From Moniliella sp. 'wahieum' (taxonomy: Eukaryota): a stretch of 64,000 nucleotides of DNA. Made by a program: the position numbers and the translations under genes. The DNA is taken from contig RSEE01000028.1 of the NCBI GenBank assembly GCA_003971905.1, positions 1-64,000 of the forward strand, given 5' to 3'. Within the stretch, counting starts at the first letter, position 1; every line of letters begins with the position of its first letter. Positions 13,806-24,874 of this stretch are shown piece by piece. The notes under the pieces are model-generated. The model worked only from the letters and a program-made list of their open reading frames with translations, was not told the DNA's origin and ran no database searches.

Positions 13806-14739
13806 CCCCTCGACCTCTGCTGGATGGAGCCGAGGGGACGTGGATGGCCGAGGCCGCTGCGTTGGTGAGACGCTTTCTCGATCCGCACAGCGCATCTGCT
13901 TCCGCCGCGTAGCGCTACTAAGCTCCGTCGCCAACCCGATCGCAGTGACTTCTTCGTGCCGTCCCGGACAGCCCCCCTTTCCAATATGCCCCGGTGACGT
14001 CAATTACCGAGTACTCATCGACGTATGTGCGTGCCCCTCCACCCCCCTTCCTCGACTCGTCTCGCCTGTCCGATTCTCCTGCCCCCCCTCTGCTAGGCTC
14101 GGGGTACGCGTGCAGAGCAGATGTGGCGAGGAAGGCTAGGGAAGGCGGAGCAGCAAGCACGTCAATAGCATTCAATTGAGCAAGGCGGTTCACGTGAATG
14201 GAGAGAAGATCGGTGAAGTGGGCGACTGGATCTGCGTCATCGCGTCATCTTACATCATTAAGCACTAATCATTTGTTGCATCAACATCGCAGCGATCGTT
14301 ACGCTGGTCGGCCTGCGGCCTGACTGAGGCCTGGGTCCCGAGTCGGGCCTGAACCAGCCATCGCCCTGATGGCCACAACGTAGCAGCACATCGAGCGCAC
14401 GCGCGGGCGCATGCCCGCCGAGTGAAGACCACGTGCTATGGGATCAAAAGCCGGGGCCGACTCCCTCCGATCGCGCCGTACAGAGAGAAATGCACGACCG
14501 CGTCCCCACCACTGCAGCAGCCGAGACAAGAATGTCCTGGTTTTCGCACTGCCGGGAAAGGGGTACAGGCGGAAGGCGCCCCCTTTTAGGAATGGGTAGA
14601 TATGGGTAGAGAACATGGAAATAGTGACATCATACATCTGGCCATCCACCAGTGTGGGAAGGGGCGGGGGGTATGGTACAGCAAGAGGACAAGTGAGAGG
14701 GACGATCGCGCCGAGCAAAAGCACGGCGTCCCCCAGAGC

Positions 14740-15557
14740 TTAGGATTCGCATCGCCACCCTGATCCTGAGGAGGTTGTGTGAGCCGCTTGATCAGTTCGG
14801 TGGCTTGGCGAGCGGCCAAGCTCTGTTGGGGAAGTGACTGGTGGAGCAAAGCAGAGGTTAGAACCTGATCCGTGCGCGTGCATGACATGGGAAAGGAAAG
14901 CTGGGAAATACGTACGAGTTCCAGCTGCTCGGTATCGCGCAAGGCGGCACTGAGAGTGCGAGCCTGCTGATCCCTGCGTTCGGCATTGGGGAGAGGGGGA
15001 AGAGGTTGAGTGGCAGTGTGTTGCAGGAGGCCTTGTGGGCGCGGCGCCTGCGTCGCTCGGCGCGTGCGTCCAAAGCTGCTGGACCTTGCGCCGCACCCTC
15101 ACGGTCCCCGTGCTTCACGGCGTGCTCTCGGAATCTCCTTCCGCCACGCACGGCGGTCTCGGTCAGCTCCTCCACACGGTCCGTCAGCTGAGCCACACGC
15201 GCTTGCAGGTCAACGTCAAACGCTTCGGTGTGCTCGGCGCTGGGGGCAGAGCCCTGTGCGGTCCATGGCACACCGTCTACTTCGATATTGGGAAGGAGGC
15301 GCGCGCGGGCATTGGCAAGCCACTGGGGAAGGGTATGCAGAGCGTCAGCTAGGACGGTGGGGCAGCGGGGAGGCAGGGGGCGATGGACGTACGTCGTCAA
15401 CGGCGTGGAGGAGCTTGCGCTCGTCGGCGGCACTGCGGGAGCGGGAGGAGGAGAGCTGCTTGCGTGCCAAGTCGTGCGCATGGGACGTAAGCGCAGCGAA
15501 GGCCCACTCGAGGTCGCCTTCGGTGGCGAGCTCCAGCTTGGCAAAGTTTTCGGGCAT
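14740..15557 (-). CDS. Kinetochore Mis14/Nsl1-like protein
   Basis: MPENFAKLELATEGDLEW...; WLANARARLLPNIEVDG...TEAFDVDLQARVAQLTDRVEELTETAVR..RR resembles the Mis14 NxxxxG...EPFDxxLxxRv pattern. Introns at about 15323-15393 and 14838-14914. The 3' end is approximate. Confidence 0.6.
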
Positions 15558-17263
15558 GGCCGGGATGGAGGTGGAGGCGTGGCAGCCGGGGCGGTTGGGT
15601 GGGCGCGCGTGGATGGGGCGGCCCGGGGGGAGGTATGGGATTGCACCGACCAGCCCAACGCGTGGGGAACGTGTACCAGTCACGTGGCTGGTGACTTGGC
15701 GATCTACATCGCAACATGGCCTACGTCGCCTTCTGGCTACATCGTCTGCTTAGCTAATCTTTTCGTGCCGTCGGTCGCGGGCTGCTGATAAGCAGCTGCA
15801 GCATGGGGACTGGTCGCCTGGGGCTGCGCTCGGGCCTGCTCGGGCCTGCTCGGACACGGAAGCAACGGTAGTAACTAGTAGCTACCAAGTGATCTTCTCG
15901 CGATCGACCAGCGAGGTAGATAGAGCGAACTCAGCGCCAGCGCCCCTGAACCTCTGGGCGTCAGCACTGGCGCGCAGCGTGGGCGCTCAGCGTCAGCAAG
16001 GATCGATGTTCGAGGTCCCAAGCCCTGTTGCGGCGCCGCCGGGAATAGCGGCGTTTACACCGGCGCCATCCAAGTCCATGGACGAGCGATGCAAAGTAAG
16101 TACTGGTGACATGTTTGCTTGTGGCCAGGCACCGAAACTACCCGGTGGTGGCATCGGGTGTGTGTCTGGCTGGCTGGCACCAGAGAGCAAGCCGATCAGA
16201 GAGACACTCTACGAGGGTAAGGAGGGGTAACCGGGAAGGTTGTCCTCTCTGCCCCCCCTCCACCCCTGCCAGCAGTGGAGGGCCCAGTGATGTGCAGACG
16301 ACGAACGAGAGAAGGCGGTGAGTGCGACTTGAATTGGATTGGAGTGAAGCTTGAAGCTTGAAGATGGAATGGCCGGCTGGCAATGCGTGAGCGCTGAGCG
16401 CGTGAGGCGGCGATAATGAAACGCAAGCATCCAGGCGTGCTGTGGGAAGGATGCGCGTTTTGTTTGGGGAGACGCCTGACCTGACCAGTGCCGGCTGGTG
16501 CGGGGCTTGCACGACGCAAGCAGCAGGGAGGCTTACGTGCTTGCGCGCTTAGCGCTTGCGACGCAACGCACGCGGGGGCGGGGAGGGGAGGGGGTGAAGA
16601 CGGAGCCACCGGGCGAGTACGGAACGCACTGATCATCCATTCGCCGCAATCCGGGGTGGGCAAGCGCGGAGCCGCGGGCGGTGCAAATAAGCGTACGCAG
16701 CCAGCCACAGCGCAGCGCGTGTGCCCCATGCGGCGGGGGCAGGGGGCAGCGAGGCGCCGGTGTGCTGCAGGCGTCAGAGGCCGTCTGGGTCTGGGGCCCC
16801 GTGGGCAGGTCGTACTGAGTACTGGCTGATACGCGAAGGGCCGCCGCTGATAGTCGATGGCGCCCACAGGCAGCACACCGCACCCCACGGCCCGGCGCCG
16901 CCCGGCCGACCGCAGCGCCGCCCATGCCGCTGCCAGCCGCGGCCAGGCGCTGCCCCCCGCCGCCTCCCGCCGCGCGCACACGCGCTGCCCAATCAGGACG
17001 CAGCCAGTGCCCCCCTGCGGCGTCCGCAAGCTCCGCAAGGGCCGCGTGGGGCTGGCTAAAGTACAGCCCCAGTAGGGTTGGTGCGGAGCATGTGCTCCCG
17101 TGCCAGCCAGAGCGAGCAGCCCCACGCCCCCAGAAGCACGCCCCACCAGCCACGGCCCACCCGCATTTGTCAGCCTCCCGCTGCTACTTGGGGCGAATCT
17201 TACGCCCCCTCTGCTTCCGGCCCACCACCACCACCACCCCACCCACCCTCTGCCGCATCCGCC

Positions 17264-18663
17264 ATGAGTCCGTCCCCTCCCCTCGCGTGGCCTGCCTCAC
17301 GCCCCGGCGCCCGTCTTGTCGCATCTCGACTGACTCCTGTCCTTCTCTGCAGCCTTCCAGAAGATCAAGGTTGCCAACCCCGTCGTCGAGCTCGACGGGG
17401 ACGAGATGACACGCATCATCTGGCAGAAGATCCGGGAGGAGCTCATCCTGCCCTTCCTCGACATTGACCTCAAGTACTGTACGTCCCCTGCGCTTCACCC
17501 CACCGGCCCCGTTCCTAACCTCATCTCCCTCACCCTGCCCCTCCCCTCTAGACGATCTTGGCATTGAGCACCGCGATGCGACCGACGACAAGGTCACCAC
17601 CGAGTCGGCCGAGGCAATCCTCAAGTACAAGGTTGGGGTCAAGTGCGCCACCATTACCCCGGACGAGGCGCGGGTAGAGGAGTTCAAGCTCAAGAAGATG
17701 TGGCTCTCGCCCAACGGCACGATCCGCAACATTCTGGGTGGCACCGTCTTCCGCGAGCCGATTGTGCTCAAGTCCATCCCGCGCCCCATCCCGGGCTGGA
17801 CCAAGCCCATCGTGCTCGGCCGCCACGCGTTTGGCGACCAGTACCGGTGTGTGAACTTTGTGGTGGACAAGCCGGGCAAGTTCAAGATTGTCTACACGGC
17901 GGACGATGGATCGGAGACCAAGGAGTGGGATGTGTTTGACTACCCGCAGGGTGGTGGTGTTGGTCTGGGCATGTACAACACGACCGAGAGCATCATTGGC
18001 TTTGCCCACGCTTCCTTCAAGATGGCGATTGAGAAGAAGATGCCGCTCTACCTCAGCACCAAGAACACGATTCTCAAGGCGTACGATGGCAAGTTCAAGG
18101 ATGTGTTCCAGGAGATTTACGAGGCCAAGTACAAGCCCGAGTTTGAAAAGCTCGGCATCTGGTACGAGCACCGCCTGATTGACGACATGGTGGCCCAGGC
18201 CACCAAGTCGTCGGGCGGGTTTGTGTGGGCGTGCAAGAACTACGATGGCGATGTGCAGTCGGATGTGGTGGCGCAGGGCTTTGGCTCGCTGGGGATGATG
18301 ACCTCGGAGCTGATCACGCCGGATGGGGATGTGATCGAAGCCGAGGCGGCGCACGGCACGGTCACTCGGCATTACCGCCAGCACCAGCAGGGCAAGGAGA
18401 CGTCGACCAACTCGGTTGCCTCCATCTACGCCTGGACGCGTGGGCTCAAGTTCCGCGGCAAGCTGGATGGCAACCAGGCCCTGATCGACTTTGCGACGGC
18501 GCTGGAAGATGCGTGTGTCGAAAGCATTGACCGTGATGGCATCATGACCAAGGACCTGGCACTGTCGGTGCACGGCAAGGACCTCAAGCGGGAGCACTAT
18601 GTACTGACGTTTGAGTACCTGGACCATGTGCGCGACCTACTCAAGGCCAAGCTGGGCGCTTAA
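17264..18663 (+). CDS. IDP1: NADP-dependent isocitrate dehydrogenase
   Basis: ATG A|intron|CC TTC.. gives [25 protein letters not shown]. After a second intron come [55 protein letters not shown] and [10 protein letters not shown]. The last exon is intact. Confidence 0.98.
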
Positions 18664-19835
18664 ATTGCTGTGTATATCCAATGCCCACCCGGTGCATTGC
18701 TTTCAGGGCAACTGCGAGCCCAGTGTGGGAAGCGCTGTGTCCCAGATTGATTGCATGCGATGCGACATGTGTAGGAGAGACGAAAGAGCAAACACAGTGG
18801 ATGCCATGATGTGTTTCCTTGCCTTGCGCAGGAGAGCCGAGGGAGCGCGCCCGGCGGGGCTACAGACGAGAGTACATTCCCACCTCCGCGGGGTTGACGC
18901 GGACAGATGCATCACGCGGCCAGTCGGAGGTAAGCGGTACGACCCAAGCCCGGTAACGCCGTAGGTGCTGGTACAACGAGATGGATCTCGGGGGCTTGGC
19001 TGGTGTACCAGCGCCACGACCAGCGTGTGGCGTCGTGTGTGTGCCTGTCTCGAGCGGGTGCCGCGCTGCAACACACCATCGCGTCTCACTTGAGTTAGAA
19101 GTTCATTTACTGAAAAACGTCTTTGTCGAGGTACCCAGCCCGCCACACCGGTTTTCCAAGCCTCCTCGCCCACCCAAACTCAAACGTCAGTGCGTCAGTG
19201 GGTATTATGCTGAGGAGACGTTGGGGCGCTGAGATCTGAGAAGGCATCCTAGTAGCAGGGAGCGGAATGCGCAGCAGGTGCATGACCCCAACGACCAGGG
19301 GTTGGCGATGGCGGGGGCGGAGTGATACACCTTCAAGAGAGGCCTTCAACAAAGGCCTTCCAGTTAGGAGACCAACACGAAGTGCACAACCCCCCTTGCC
19401 CTTGGCTGCCTCCCGGCTGCAGTTGTGGGGGCGGACTGATTCGGATCCGCACTGCCGCCCTCCTGTGTCCTAGGCTTCACCATGCCCAGTCCGTAGAGGC
19501 CGCAGTTTCTTCGGGTCTGAGATCTGACAGACTTTCCGGCCCACGGCGACGCCTCTCTTCCACCCTGATGACGCCGAGCTGGATTCAAGGTCTATCTGGC
19601 TCTCTGACATGGGACCGATGGCACGGGGCATTAGTTGGGACAGCCTTCCAACGCTCTCTCAGGAAGAACAAGACCAGAGGGTTTGAGAGTCAGATCCCCT
19701 CTCCTGTACGTTTGCTACCAGCCAGTGTACCTAACAGTATTTTTCATGCATGTGTATTGTATGCGCATCTATCACGTCTTTCCCTGCCCGATGACGCATG
19801 GGCAGCAGTGAGTAGAAGGCGGGTGGTTGGTGAGT

Positions 19836-21202
19836 TTAGTAGGCTGCCGGGGGAAACGAGGGCAGGTCCATCCCGGCCTGCTCGAGCATATCTTCGGCGG
19901 CCCGGAGACCGGAGCGGTAAGCGCCGTGCACGCAGCCCGCGCCATCCCAAACGGTATGTTCGCCGGCAAAGGCGATTTTGTCATGGCCGTCGATGAAAGG
20001 CTGGACCATCTCGGGTAGCTCTGACCAATCCTTCTTGCCGAATACGAGCCGCGGAAGAGCGGGTCCTGGGTCCACTGCGACACTTGGACCAGTTTCGGCT
20101 GTGGAACAGGGCGGGAGCGGTCTTTTCGGATGGCCTCGAGGGACGGACGAAGTAGGTTGTAGACCGCGGCAGGGGTGGGAGTGCGTTCCAGTTCCTGGGT
20201 CAAGGGGGGGCCGGTAAGCGCGAGGAGCAGCGCGCCGCGCTCCGGGGCAAAGTGGATGAACGGGTTGACGAAAGTGACGGGTCGTTGGAGCGGGGGCAAG
20301 ACAGCGTCCAGAGGTTCATCGACTAGGACCGTGAGTAAATCGGCCTCAGGCCGCCACCACACCTCGTCAAACACAAGGAACGCCTTGCCCAGAGCGGCAA
20401 TGTCGGTCGTCTGGATTGACTGCGTCAAGGCACGAGGCAAAGGGGGTGTGAAGAGGCCAGCTTCCAGGGCCCCCTTGAGTGCACCCATTGGCATGGTACA
20501 TACCACCCCGTCCACCTCCACTGTACGCTTGGCCGTGCCCACCTGAACACCGCGCGTGGTCTGACTGACAGAGGTAACTGGTTCCCCCAAATAAAGTGAG
20601 ACTAAGGCAGCGTTCCGCTGGGCCCAGACCAAGTCCCACACCTTACGCATCCCACCTAGGACAAATGCATCGCGGCCGAGCGAACCGTGGACGGCTTCGG
20701 CGGCTGGGATGTCCTCCCATGCCTGGGCCGTGAAGTGTTCGTTCTCCTGCAGCATGCGGCCAGCGAGGCGGCGCTGCTGCTCCGTGATCAAGGGGGCCTT
20801 GGCAAGAAAGTCAAGGACAAAGGTGCGCAGAGACCATAGGGGGCGCATGCGCTTCGTCTGCATGGTAGGCCAAGGCAATCGCTTGCTCCACCTCGGTCTT
20901 GGCCGGGGAAGCACGTGCGTTGCTGCCCACCACCTCACCGGAGGGGAGAATGTACTGGGTAAGTGCGTCGCTGTAGGCCATCTCCACCCCCGCTTTGAGC
21001 GCGAGGGGGAAGAGAGGGTTGACCAGCGTCTCGTGCAACCAGGAGGCGCCTAGGTCCACCTCTCCGTCCAGCAGAGGGGCAGAGCGCACACGGCCGCCGA
21101 GCTCCTGGGACGCTTCGAACAGCACCACTTCCACCCCGGCCTTGGTGAGATGGGCGGTGGCGGCGGCCCGGCCATGCCGCCTCCAATGACGCATACACGC
21201 AT
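19836..21202 (-). CDS. FAD-dependent amine oxidase (polyamine oxidase/Fms1-like)
   Basis: MRVCVIGGGMAG..A...LFEASQELGGR..DLGASWLH; VVCTMPMGALK..FTPPLP; WTQDPLFRGSYS; IAFAGEHT...GCVHGAYRSGLRAA. Confidence 0.9.
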
Positions 21203-22671
21203 GCTGGCAAGGGGAGGTGGAGGACGGGGTCGGGATGGGGCTGTCACTAGTCACTAGCATTATTCTTCGTCTTTTATGACGCTGTGCCAGCCACAGGAAC
21301 ATCGGGTCGTGTCTCAGCCCATGAGCTGATCACACCAACCCTATTTTTTTCTTCCGGGCAGTTGGTCGGCTGCGGCGTGTGGCACATGTCCCGTGACACA
21401 TGTCACAGGTCACATGTGGCATGATGCATGACGCATGGTGCATGATCGATGGTCTTGCCCGCGTGTTGGCCGAGGATTAATATTGGCGGCGACCGGTTCA
21501 CACAGCAGAATTGTAAGAGGCCGATAGAAAAGCGTGGGGCAAACAGCCAGCGCGAACGCGAATGGGAGCGCGTAGCCGCGTTAGCCGCGGCCGTGACAGC
21601 TCCACAGATGTCGAACTCGTTGCTGCACATGCTTAATGTGGTGCCGGCCTCCGATACATATATAGGAAGAAGCACCCTTACTTATTGTTATCTTATCTTA
21701 GGGCTGGTGGGGGGAAAGAGGGAGGAGCTTTTTTCAAATTGGGAGAGAGGCAAAGCAGCAGAGGTTTTCCCCGGGTGCCGGTGACGATGTCCCAGACTCA
21801 TCGACATCGATCATCGAGATCATCGATCGCCCTGCATCTTTTCATCATCGACATTTTGGCCATATCGAGCATCCGTCGACCACCATCGTCGTGCACACTA
21901 TCGTTGACATCATCGGCATCACCAACTTTTTTATCGAGTGTGAAGAGGGGAGGACGTGCTAGGATTCCCCTGCAGCATGCCCTCACGAGGGGCGTTCGCG
22001 TAATTGGGGCCCGGAAAGAGTTCCGTCTGTGTAGTGTGGGCGCAGGTTGCAGGTACGCAGCCCCTGACCTCTCCCTTTTGTCTTTTCTCTGTACTACATT
22101 TCCCTTTTCTGTGTGATTTGCACAGTCTATCCTAATGATGTGGCTCACCTACTAAGGACGCCTTTCTGATATCAGTGATTCCAGGATGTTCGACGACGTC
22201 CCAGGCCGCGACTCCTCCTCGGGAGCCAGAGGGGACCTGGGGTATCAGCGATATCGCTCGGCGATATCTCCAGACTGCCCGAGAGGTTAGGCATTTCGGC
22301 GGGATCCTGAACGCTGAACACTTCAAAAGGATTTCGTGTGGGATTGATGGATGGGTTAAACATCCACTGGGGATTTCGGAGAGATCATGATATGGAGGGG
22401 ATCATTTCGATCATTCCAGCGAGATCAGCGGCACCATCACAAATTCCAAAGATGTCATGGAGGTCATTAAGAGAATATATATGGCCGACGGGGGGCGTAC
22501 GGTCACTTCGGGGAGGACTCATCAGGCACCGTCACATCGGTATCTTGCAAGATGGGCTGCCAAATGTTCCACTTGATGTCAAACGCTTTTAGTATAGTGA
22601 TAGGGAGAAAAGCCGTGAAGCGAGAGCGACGATAAGTCACCCCTGTCCCAGCCTTAAGCTCTGTCAATGAT

Positions 22672-23180
22672 ATGGATTCGGAAGTGGAGGTGGCTGTGCA
22701 AAGCGACTTAATCGACGTCTATGACAGGCATGAGGATCGGATCGGGTCGGATCTGAATCATATAACTTCAGCAACTCCTGATGTCCTCCATCGCCAACTG
22801 ATCCAGTACAGGCAACCTCTTCATCCTCTCGTAGCCGCCTCCTTGCGATCTGACCACGTCTCTCAGCTCTTCAACCAGTCAGTGGCTTGGGCCCTCCTGG
22901 AGCCACGTCGAAACCAAGTCCCAGTCAAGCCGCGAGGGTGCCCTTCCAGCCACGCAGCCTTAAGATCCATCCAGTCCCACAGCTCTGGCAGTGGTTGTCT
23001 GCCGCCACTTCCTGTCCCTGTGAACCCCCCGAAAGCTTCAAACACGTTACTATTACCCAAGCTGGTGCATACGAAGCCGGCGTCCCAAGCCTGCAGTCGC
23101 GTCTGCTTATATTACGCGAGGGACCACTCCTTGTCCCTATCTCGGCATGGAATCTGCCAACCAGCCCAATCAGGTAACTA
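22672..23180 (+). mobile_element. Probable degenerate non-LTR (LINE, Tad/I-like) retrotransposon fragment, region after the RT domain
   Basis: LRSDHVSQLFNQSV followed, in another frame, by SFKHVTITQAGAYEAGVPSLQSRL. This resembles the LINE post-RT pattern LxxxxxRxLYxxxV...GAFxTTxxxALxxEAGxPPLxxRL. Confidence 0.35.
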
Positions 23181-23304
23181 CTATACCGTGTGAGCCTAAT
23201 AGTATCCGCTGTGGCTGCCATTGCCAGTTGTTGATAAGCGAGCACCGTTAGGAACTCGGACGACAAGCGACGGTTGATAGATCATAGTATATCCAGAGTG
23301 GTGG

Positions 23305-23488
23305 TGTCACAATCGGGGCTAAGGCGAGGGAGACCAGATTCGAGACTAGGCCAAGGGATGTAGCAATTGTTGGTGGGGAAGAAGCAAGAACAGAGGCCAT
23401 GGTGCGAAGGGGAAGAACAGGGAAGGAGCGAACCGCTTAAGACGAAGAAATTGGAAATGGGAGCGAGATCAGACAAACTATGATGGCA
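23305..23488 (-). repeat. Putative 3' LTR (about 184 bp) of the adjacent Ty3/Gypsy element
   Basis: On the minus strand a purine tract AAGGGGGCAA is immediately followed by TGCCAT...GTGACA (TG...CA ends, imperfect inverted termini), just downstream of the chromodomain. Confidence 0.55.
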
Positions 23489-23559
23489 TTGCCCCCTTGC
23501 AGACCTCATCCCGGGCGGCGACGGAGGCGAGAGAAAACGAGAGGGCGAGCATGAGAGAC

Positions 23560-24500
23560 AGGCTTATCGGGGTTGAGGGCATGGAAACGGAACACCAGCT
23601 CGGCGCCATGAGATATGTTCGCGGCGTGTATGCCCACTCCTCCTCGCGCACGTCATAGCCCCGGAAGTGAACGCACAGTACTCACAATGAGGCCTCAGAT
23701 CCACGGCCCTTCCGGCGAGAGTCGAGGACGTGTTCGACCTCGACATGAACCGCACCATCGTCAGCATAGTCGGGGAGAGGGTGGGCGGGACTCGATCAAT
23801 CGGGGGCAAGGACCACGTCACCCGGGGTGTAGGCAGGTACGCAAGGGGAGGACCTGAAACACGTCATGGAGGTGTGTAAGTAGGTAGTAGGCAGGAATTA
23901 AGGCGGACCTACGGTATACACACGGCGCAGTCCACGACGCGGACAATGGGCAAGAGGCCGAGGTAACGATAGTCGAGGCCGTCAGAAGGTCGCTGGCGAG
24001 GCACACATACCCGTCCCGGGGGACTAAAACTGGCTGTCAGCAGTGAACAGAGCCGCCTCAGTGCGCTGCTGGTAGACACAGTGCTTGTAGCGTTCTTGAG
24101 CCGCGGCGAGCGCGTTGGGCGGGCCATGCACACCCATCTGGCCGGGGCTAAAGCAAATCTCAAGGTACGACGCGGCAGCGCGTCGCGGGCATGGGCGAAG
24201 TGGCGGGCTCCAACTCCCCCCGGGGGGAGTAACTATAAGGGAGGACAAAAGGGGGCTAGTGGGTGCTTAAGTGATAGGACGAGAGTTGTAGACAAATGCG
24301 GCCGTGGCGAGGAAGTTATAGACCCATTGTGGACTGTGTGCTGTGCTCGTCGAGTTTTAACAGCGGAGGTACTGTTCGAGTATCTGGTTGAGGCGCTCAG
24401 TCTGGCCATCCGCCTGCAGGCGGTACGCGGTGCTGAGGCTCGACTTGATACCCAAGTCGGCACGCGTGGCAAAGCAATGACTCAAGCGGGATGGGGCAAG
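23560..24500 (-). mobile_element. Ty3/Gypsy chromovirus relic: integrase core plus chromodomain, 5'-truncated and degenerate
   Basis: LGIKSSLSTAYRLQADGQTERLNQILEQYLRC (integrase STAYHPQTDGQTER motif), HDVFQV (HxVFHV motif), then VEVEHVLDSRRKGRG...HFRGYDVREEEW (chromodomain). Confidence 0.85.
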
Positions 24501-24874
24501 CAAAAATATTCTCTGCGCTGTGGTAAGCACAGGGAGGCTAAGCCGCGCTCGGATGCGAACACGAGGTTTGTTTGAAAAAGTGCTCAGGTCCATTTAATGA
24601 TCAAGCGCGCCCCTGGGTGCTTCAAGTAAAAGGCGTGAGGCACATACCGCGAGGAACACTTGATGGACCGGTGGTAACAAATAAATTTCGCCATTGCCCC
24701 AGGTAACGGATTTGAACCATGGTCCCATGCGAATTGTAGGTTTATTTATTTGATTTTTTAGTGACCATAAGAAATGCTTGCATTTTCTGTGCGCACTGCC
24801 TATGTGGTAATGAAGAAAAGTACTGATCCATGCGAGAACTGAACGCGTACAACATCAAAGTGTTGCCAACAGCT

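Noticed and set aside
14855..14885. GAACCTGATC resembling part of a TPP riboswitch
   Set aside because: It is the antisense of an intron branch region, and the other conserved TPP elements are not present in the right order.
15889..17060. Many GC-rich ORFs between the Mis14-like gene and IDH
   Set aside because: Arg/Ala/Pro/Gly-rich translations in all frames with no family motifs; consistent with a divergent promoter region.
17548..18627. 359-aa antisense ORF over IDH (and similar long antisense ORFs over RPS24, Rab5 and APS1)
   Set aside because: Shadow ORFs caused by strong GC3 codon bias on the coding strand.
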